A stretch of DNA of 54,438 nt from Basidiobolus meristosporus CBS 931.73 (lineage: Eukaryota; Fungi; Basidiobolomycota). Shown here piece by piece: positions 46,401-54,438 of this stretch; within the stretch, counting starts at the first letter, position 1; each line of letters begins with the position of its first letter. The position numbers and the translations under genes were made by a program. The notes under the pieces are model-generated. The model saw nothing but the letters and a program-made list of their open reading frames with translations, did not search any database and was not told the origin of the DNA. The DNA lies in assembly GCA_002104905.1 (NCBI GenBank), contig MCFE01000601.1:1-54438 (forward strand), read 5' to 3'.

Positions 46401-49400
46401 AATACTTGGGTTCTGTCTCTAATCTAATGTGAAGGGGAATAAAGTCACAAGCTTGTCAAGGGAAAACTATTGAGCTACAATCCCCAACTTAGTTGGCATC
46501 TTACCAAAAGTATGTGCTGGATTCAGCATCCTTTGAGATGACAATGTACTAAAGCTTCCAAAGTCAAAACAATTGTAAACTCCATCCTGCAGGGACTTGA
46601 TAAGAATGCAGCTGTGGTCAATAGTTACAAAGACAGAAAAGTATCTTTGCCTGTACATGAACAAACCTGGGAAAGAATCAAATATAATAGAAGATACCTA
46701 CTCTGAGTATTCCTCACAAGGAGTAGCCTCCAAGGTCAGTTGGCTGTCAGCATGGTTTCCTGGGAGTGTCTTGTAGTCTGGGGTTGGAAGTTCAGGTAGC
46801 AGCAGGTAGCAGTGATCGCACTAATGAACAAGTTGGTATATTGATAAAAGGGATGATGATTTATTGTTGAGGGATAGCCCCCGTTATATACTTTTCTCAC
46901 TGGCTAAGTGATTACTAATCATAGTGTTGCCAAATGGTTCTGGATTTCAATAGAAATCTTAATGACATCAGTATGACCTAAGAATGCTCTAAGTAGGAGC
47001 CAGAAGGTTCTAGGAGGCACAGCACATCCAACCTGTTGTAAAAATTTGTAATTCCACCTAAATATTCACCTAACTTAGTCACTTAGATCATCACCTTCAA
47101 ATCCTAGAGAACTACTGACCAAATTCCTTGTTGGGATTTACTTATAATATTTTCACCAAAATACCAGGTACCCAGAACATGAAAATTCTCAAAGTTGTCC
47201 AAACAGCCCCAAACTTTGCACACATGTTCTTGGGACCTTCCTTAACCTATTCTACGTGTTTGTAATGCCAAGACCAGGTAAAAGTATAAATACTACTTTT
47301 ACATTCAATAAATCATTAAGTGAAACCACATAATCTACTTGTTCTCTCAATCACTTCCAATATCTCCAAGACTCTTACAACAGGTTATGAGCCCCAAGCT
47401 GTCACTCTCTGCATGTCTACTACTGCTATTACTGGAATTTCTCCCTCTGCTGAAAAGTTGGATGGCTCTAACTACCAAGTGTGGAAGGTGAAGATTAACG
47501 GTGCTGCTACAAGAAAGAGGCCTTTGGGATATTGTCATGGCAGAAGAATGCCCTCCTAAAAACGTGGGAGAGGAAGCCTTAAAGGTGCCAGAAGAAAGAA
47601 CAAAGTGCCTTTAATTGCATTTGCCTTAATGTCAAGGACAAATTGCTAATTCAAGTGCTCAAGAGCAAAAACAGCAAAGAATGCCTGGAAGGCATTAGAA
47701 GACACCTAGCCAGTCATGTTCAGCTGCCAAAGGAAATGTATTTGAGAAGAAAATTCTTTACTACAAAGATGCTGCCAGGAGAAGAAATGAAAAATCTAAT
47801 TAATCAGAATTACCCTGCTGGTAGATGAGATGGAATCTGTGGGCATACCAACTACTGATTGAGAATGTGATAGTTGACCATCCTGAATAGCCTTACAGAC
47901 AAGTTTCAGGGCCTTGTATCAGCCTTAGAGTCCAGAACTGAATGATTTGACCTTAAATTATGTATATGGAAGGCTCCTGGATGAAGAATTAAGAAAATCA
48001 AGCGCCAATAAGAAGGAAGAAGAAAATGCTTTAATAAGCAATGTTAACCAACAAAGGAGGTACCCAAGACCCTACAAATGCAACAGCAACCTATTTTGCA
48101 ACTACTGCAAAAGGAAAGGACACACATCAGACCGGTGGCTCAAAAAGAGAGATTATCAGCAAAAGAAGCCTGAATATGGAAATGCTACAACAACTGAAGA
48201 TAGACTATTCATATCTGCACTAAATATGACCACAAACAAGGATTCTCAGACATTGTATATTGACTCTGGAGCCTCTCAACACTTTACACACCAATAAGGA
48301 ATTTTTTACCCAATATCAAGAAGTTCCAATTAAGAAGGTTTTCATGAGTGACAATAGAACACTTGATGCAGTGGGAGAAGGAACTATCCAAGTAAACCTT
48401 AGAAGCAGTGAAGGAAGCCATACACTGACCTTTAAAGAAGTACTCTATGTACCAGAAATAGCCAAGAACCTACTCTCTGTAAGCAAGGCCACAGCAGAAG
48501 GACTCAGTTTCAGTTTTGACAATTCTGGATGCAGGATCACTGATCAAAATGGTGCTCATATTGCTTTGGGCATCAGAGATCAGAATTTATACAAGTTGAC
48601 TTATATTCCATCATATTTGGAAGCCAATATAAGTAACTTAAATGAAGAAACACCAATGCTTTGGCACAGGAGATCTGGGCACATCAATTTTGATTATTTG
48701 CGCAAAATGATCAAAGATCAGCTAATTTCTGGAGTGAAAATTGATCCCCCAGCTAATTTGGAGCACTGTGAAGCCTGCATATATGGGAAACAAGCCAGAC
48801 AGCTGTTCAAGAGCTCTGGGTTAATCAAAACTAAGAAAAAATTAGATCAAATTCACTCAGATCTGTGTGGACCTATGCAAAATTATCCTTAGGTGGGATG
48901 AAGTATTTAATCACTTTTATTGATGATTTTACAAGATACACATGGGTCTACTTATGGAGAGAAAGGAAGAAGCTCTGTCTAAGTTCAGGGAGTTTAAAGC
49001 CATGGTGGAGAGAGAAACTGGTGAAAAAATCAAGAAAATACGCTCTGACAATGGTGGAGAATATACCTCAAAACTCTTCATCCACTTCTGCAAAATTCAT
49101 GGGATAAAGCAAGAGACTACTGCACCATACTCCCCACAGCAAAATGGAGTAGCAGAACAAGCTAACAGATCAATAATTGATATGGCAAGGTCTATGATCC
49201 ATGATCAAAAATTATCCTATGATTTTTGGGCGGAATCAGTTGCCACTGCTGTATATCTTAAAAATAGGAGTTATAACAGATTACTTTTTAATTCAACTCC
49301 ATTTGAAGCATGGTGTGGATACAGACCAAGTGCAGAACATCTAAGAATATTTGGGTGTACAGCATATGCCTAAAAACTGGCCGGAAATCAGTCAAAATCT

Positions 49401-52063
49401 GAGCCAAAAAGTGTAAAATGCATATTTTTGGGCTACTGCAATGAGAGTAAGGCATACAGACTCTACAATACCAAAGCAAAGAAGCTTATCAAGTCCAGGG
49501 ATGTGTTGTTTGATGAAAATTCAAAATTTTCACAAAAAATGACATCAGATGATGACAAAAATTTGATCCCAAGTCCACCAATTGTCAGGATTGAATTAGA
49601 GCAAAACAATGAAAATTTTTTCACTCCAGAGGACTCTACAACTGTGGTTCAGCCAGAATCAGTGCCCAGGAATATCCCAGAAGTGATCATTCCAGTATCA
49701 AATGCACGGAGATCAAATCAAACAAGAAATAGCCCAAATTACTATATCAATGAGGATACGAACTTAGCCTATGCCTATTCAGTCCATATTGATGAGTCCC
49801 AGACTGTAAAAGAGGCCCTAAATAGCCCTCAGATGAAGTTTTGGAGATCTGCAATGACTGAGGAATATCAGGCACTGATGGAAAACCAAACTTGGGACTT
49901 AGTCAAATTACTAATCAACCAAAAATCAATTGGATGCAGATAGGTCTTCAAGACAAAATACAAGGCTGATGGTACAATTGAAAGATACAAAGCAAGACTT
50001 GTAGCCAAAGGATACTCTCAAACAAAAGGACTTGACTATATTGAGACCTTTGCACCGGTAGCCAAGTTTAATTCCATCAGATTAATATTGGCTATTGCAG
50101 CCAAATATAAGTTTTTTATTCATCAAATGGATGTAAAAACTGCATTTTTGAATGGAGAACTTGATGAGGACGTGTATATGGACCAGCCTGATGGGTTTGT
50201 TGACCAAGATAACCCCCATTTGGTCTGCAAGCTTAAAAAGTCACTATAAGGTCTCAAACAATCATCAAGAGCCTGGAATTGCAAGATAGATTCTTATTTG
50301 GAATCCTTGAGTTTCAAAAGAAGTAATGTTGACTATAGTATATACTATAAGCCAGATAGAGCAAATCCAGTTCTATTAGCTCTATACGTGGATGATCTTA
50401 TTATAGCCGCCAATAACCTAGAAACATTGGAAGAGACTAAATCCAGCCTATCTAAGGAGTTCAAGATGTCTGATTTAGGAGATCTTAGTTACTACTTAGG
50501 GATTAAGTTCTCCATAGACAGAAGTACCCAGACTATTACCCTAAGCCAATCCAAGTATATTCAAGATATACTAAAGAAGTACAAAATGGAAGACTGTAAA
50601 CCGGCAGCTACCCCAATGGAGACAAACCTTAACTTGGTCAAAACTCCACCAAATCAAGAGAGCTTGGTGCCATCTGAAAGCTCTGACTTTCCTTATCAAT
50701 ATATGGTCGGCAGTCTGATGTATATCATGCTTGGAACTCGTCCAGATATCTCATATTCAGTGGGAGTTGTCAGCCAACGTAATCAGAACTATGGATCTGA
50801 TCATATTGCAGCAGTTAAGCAAATTTTTAGATACCTAAAAGGAACTGCTGATATCTGCTTAAGATACACTTATAAGGATTCAGAACAGGACCTTGTGGGA
50901 TACTCTGATGCTGATTGGGGACAAATTTTGGACGACAGAAGATCCACCACAGGATACACCTTTCTTTACTGCAAAGGAGCAATTTCATGGAATTCAAGAA
51001 AGCAACCAACCATAGCACTTTCTACTACAGAGGCAGAGTAGATAGCAGCCTGTGAAGCTACAAAAGAAGCAATGTGGTTAAGAAAACTCTTTACAGATTT
51101 AGGCCTATGTCAAAAAACGCCTATTACTTTATTTCAAGATAATCAAGGATGTATACAATTAGGTAGAAATCCAACTTTTCATGCTAGAACCAAGCACATA
51201 GATATTAGACATCATTTCATACGTGAAGCTATAGAGAATAACTTGGTTAGCTTAGTTTACTGTTCACAGATGAAATGATTGCAGACATATTTACCAAACC
51301 ATTAGCTAGAGACAAGTTTGAATATCTTAGGTCAAAATTAGGACTAGTCAGTATGAACATTTAGCTGAGTAGGAGTGTTGTAAAAACTTGTAATTCCACC
51401 TAAATATTCACCTAACTTAGTCACTTAGATCATCACCTTCAAATCCTAGAGAATACTGACCAAATTCCTTGTTGGGATTTACTTATAATATTTTCACCAA
51501 AATACCAAGTACCCAGAACATGAAAATTCTCAAAGTTGTCCAAACAGCCCCAAACTTTGCACACATGTTCTTGCGACCTTCCTTAACCTATTTTACGTGT
51601 TTGTAATGCCAAGACCAGGTAAAAGTATAAATACTACTTTTACATTCAATAAATCATTAAGTGAAACCACATAATCTACTTGTTCTCCCAATCACTTCCA
51701 ATATCTCCAAGACTCTTACAACACAACCAAGCAGGAATCAGCATGCTGAAACCTGTGTAATGTAGGGATACCATACATGGTATGGAATTGGTTGGGATGG
51801 TGACATGGGTTGATCATGTGTCATGGGTACTGGCCCAGGTACTTGCCTAATATAGAAGCACTTATAGCTAGTAATCTTACATAAAGTGAGGGGTAACCTA
51901 TGCAATAAGGTAAGCAGATGTGATAGTCAACCAGCTTATGAGATAGTACTGATCAGGTAAGATAAATGGGATAAAACTAAAATAAATGTAGTAGAGATAT
52001 AGGGAAGTAGAAAATATGGGAATGAGTACATCTGTCAGTGGGTGTCACTGTCACCCTACTACA
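40410..52063 (-). mobile_element. Ty3/Gypsy retrotransposon (Gypsy-A), degenerate; its 5' LTR is interrupted by Copia-2
   Basis: 3' LTR 40410-41485; PPT 41486-41499; 5' LTR 46295-47033 plus 51724-52063; tRNA-Lys-like PBS 46273-46290. Gag (PQFDGRN), CCHC knuckle CIWCDSTQHARQEC, protease IDSGSE, RT (YSGYDQI..PQ/SQGATNS..VDD), RNase H (KRELLG) and integrase (VGIDLV, KWTGP) are all broken by frameshifts. Confidence 0.93.
47034..51723 (+). mobile_element. Full-length Ty1/Copia retrotransposon (Copia-2) with disrupted ORF
   Basis: LTRs 47034-47382 and 51376-51723 (TG..CA; 5 substitutions and 1 indel by eye); perfect TSD CAACC (47029-47033, 51724-51728); PBS GGTTATGAGCCC; PPT GAGTAGGAG. Order gag-PR (IDSGASQH)-INT (HSDLCGP, RSDNGGEY, PQQNGVAE)-RT (LYVDDL)-RH (RTKHIDIRHH). 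Confidence 0.97.
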
Positions 52064-52159
52064 GCGCTATATCCATGGTCTTAGTGTACTCTACAACTAT
52101 ATAAGTGGAACTGTCTGTCCAGTATATCCAACTGCCTTATATGGCCAAAAACGTGACGG

Positions 52160-54438
52160 TGTGGTGGTGTATAAGTCCAAAGGGCAAAATACGGCCAACA
52201 CTTCTCAAGTGTGAATGTGTGTGGGGTGTTCACTGGGTGCGATAACCTCTGGCAAAAGCTTGCTAGGAATACTGGGTCTTTTATCTAATCTAATGTGATG
52301 GGGGATAAAGCCTCAAGCTTGTCAAGGGAAAACTATTGAACTACAATCCCCAACCTAGTTGGCGTCTTAACAAAAGTTTATAATGGCTTCGACGTCCTTT
52401 GAGATGACAATGTACTAAAGCTTCCAAAGTCAAAACAACTGTAAACTCCACCAACAGGGACTTGATAAGAATGCAGCTTTGACCAATAGTTACAAAGACT
52501 GAAAAGTATCTTTGCCTGTACAAGAACAAACTTGGGAAAACAAACAAATATAATAAAATACACCTACTCTGAGTATTCCTCACAAGTAGTGCCTCCAAGG
52601 TCAGTTGGCTGTCAGCGCAGTTTCCTGGGAGTATCGTCAGGTCTGAGTCAGAAAATAGTGGTAATAGGTAGCGGTGATCTCACTAATCAATAAGTTGGAA
52701 TATTGGAAGAGGGATGATTTATTTTAAGGGATAGCCTCCCTTATATACTTTTTTGCTGCTCAATTTCTTGCTAGAAAATACTTTCCGGAAGTTTCCAGAA
52801 GGTAGTAGACAACCAATCATGTCTTTGTGCACTAAAAATAGCGCAAATTCTTGGCGGATTGTTCCATGAGACATAGTAGCACCTAGCCAATCAGGTAGTG
52901 GTAACATGAAACCTCTGTGTCATGTGGTTGCCTCTTATGGTAGTGAGATGGGGGATTATGAAACCAAGATGGTCATGTGACATGGGCACTGTTGGGGTAC
53001 TTGCCTTATAAGGTAACTATCTTATCTTGGCATCTTGGCAAGGAATAAGAATAGCTTGTGCAATGGGTTAATAGTGACAAATAGTTTGTCAGCTTGCATA
53101 GTAATAATCACATAGACAAAAATAGGAAATATTGCAAATTTGGGATGATAATAATATAGGCGGGGTAATCCTTTTTAGGGAAGTGAACGCATAAGAATGA
53201 GCACATCTGCCTGTGGGTGTCACTGTGACCCCACTACATCCACCCCCCTCTCAGCTTTGAATTCAGGTCAAAGCAAACTAAATGTGATGTGCGAAATTCT
53301 GGTGCTTGAATAGCTTAAGTCGGTTTCCTGCCACAGGTGCTCTTAGCGGTGTTCCATCAAGTTCAGACAGGTAGTAGCTTCCATTTCCAATCACCTTAGA
53401 GACAATATATGGGCCAGACCACTTATTGTCAAATTTGCGACTCCACTGCTTGTCTAAAGTGGAATCATAGAGCAGTACTGGATCTCCTTGCAGTAATGGC
53501 TTTGGTCTAAGGCTATGTGACTTGTCAAATGGTTCCTTGTTCTGAAGTCTTGTCTCTTTGAGTTTAGCAGCTGCTTGGGTAATATCAAGTTCATGGTGAT
53601 CAAGCTGTTTGATGCGTGTAGTCAGTAGTTCTTCTGTACTCATTGTAGTTCTCCACTCTAGCATGTTCCAGGATATTGAGTCAAGCTCTATGGGAAGAAC
53701 GCAATCATGTCCGTAAAGCAATTTGAATGGAGATAGACCTGTGCTGCGCTTTGTAGTGATTCTATCTGCCCAGAGTGCTAGATGAAGCTGTGTAGGCCAC
53801 TGTAGTGTCATGTTGTTGCAGCTCTTGACCAGGGAGTTAACCAACGGGCCATGGCCTCTTTCAACCATTCCATTGGCCTGTGGGTGATAAGCGGTAGTGA
53901 AAGCAATATGAATCTTGTATTGTGAGCAGAGTTCCTGGATCAAATTTGAGGTCATTTCTCCTCGGTCAGCAACAAACTGGCTGATGCAGCCAAATCTGCA
54001 TATTATATCTTCAAGAATAAATCTCCATATGGTGTGGCTTTTGTTATTGGGTAGGGCTCGAGCTTCTACCCACCCACTCAGATCATCTCTGGCAACAACA
54101 AGGTACTTCTTGGTTCCAGCAGTTGGCATGTGGACCAGGTCAATGCCAACCTTCTGCCATAGACAAGGTGTGTAGGTTGGATGGAGCGGCTCCTCATATC
54201 TCTTGGTTGACCTTCTTTGGCAAATGTCACAAGATTCAACAAAGTGTTGGACATCATGATACATATGCTCCCCAGTAGTACCTACTGGAAACAACATTGT
54301 AAGTGGCGTCTCTGCCTCTATGACCACCGGGTCTTCCTTCATGAAGGCTTGACATAATAGTCAGTTGTTCCTGGGGCTCAACTATAACTCTTCTTGGTGT
54401 CTGTCCAGGCTTTACTCGTTTGAAGAGGAGGCCATCTT
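52160..54438 (-). mobile_element. Second, younger Ty3/Gypsy element (Gypsy-B): 3' LTR and intact integrase, running off the window
   Basis: LTR 52160-53238 is homologous to 40410-41485; PPT TCCACCCCCCTCTC follows it. ORF 53278-54342 has the HHCC zinc finger, VGIDLVHM, ADRG, TAYHPQANGMVERG and KWSGPY with no stops. Confidence 0.93.

Overview
Eukaryotic, fungal DNA: short GT-AG introns, a velvet gene and a fungal-type RPL5. The gene and transposon repertoire suggests an early-diverging lineage, which is inference only. The window has two compartments. (1) A compact gene island at ~1.5-26.2 kb holds a DHTKD1/2-oxoacid dehydrogenase E1-like gene with an out-of-frame internal deletion, an F-box protein, an unrecognised ~740-aa protein with ~25 tandem GFPPR repeats, an enoyl-CoA isomerase, two G-alpha paralogues, a probable mitochondrial protein, an Lsi2/ArsB-type transporter, a bestrophin-like channel, a trihelix Myb/SANT protein, RPL5, an alpha-arrestin, a five-exon velvet gene missed by the ORF track, and an orphan ORF. 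(2) A CpG-depleted transposon graveyard at ~27.3-54.4 kb holds two Ty1/Copia elements and solo LTRs of one family, two related Ty3/Gypsy elements (one with a Copia nested in its 5' LTR), a decayed chromovirus and a CACTA transposase remnant. The same Copia family reappears at the left edge. No rRNA, tRNA gene or CRISPR array was seen. I found no clearly new multi-gene system. The best leads are the GFPPR repeat protein, the broken and diverged DHTKD1-like gene, the G-alpha with a TYAT G5 box, the Lsi2-like transporter and the CpG-decay record in the retroelements. All alignments and counts were done by eye.
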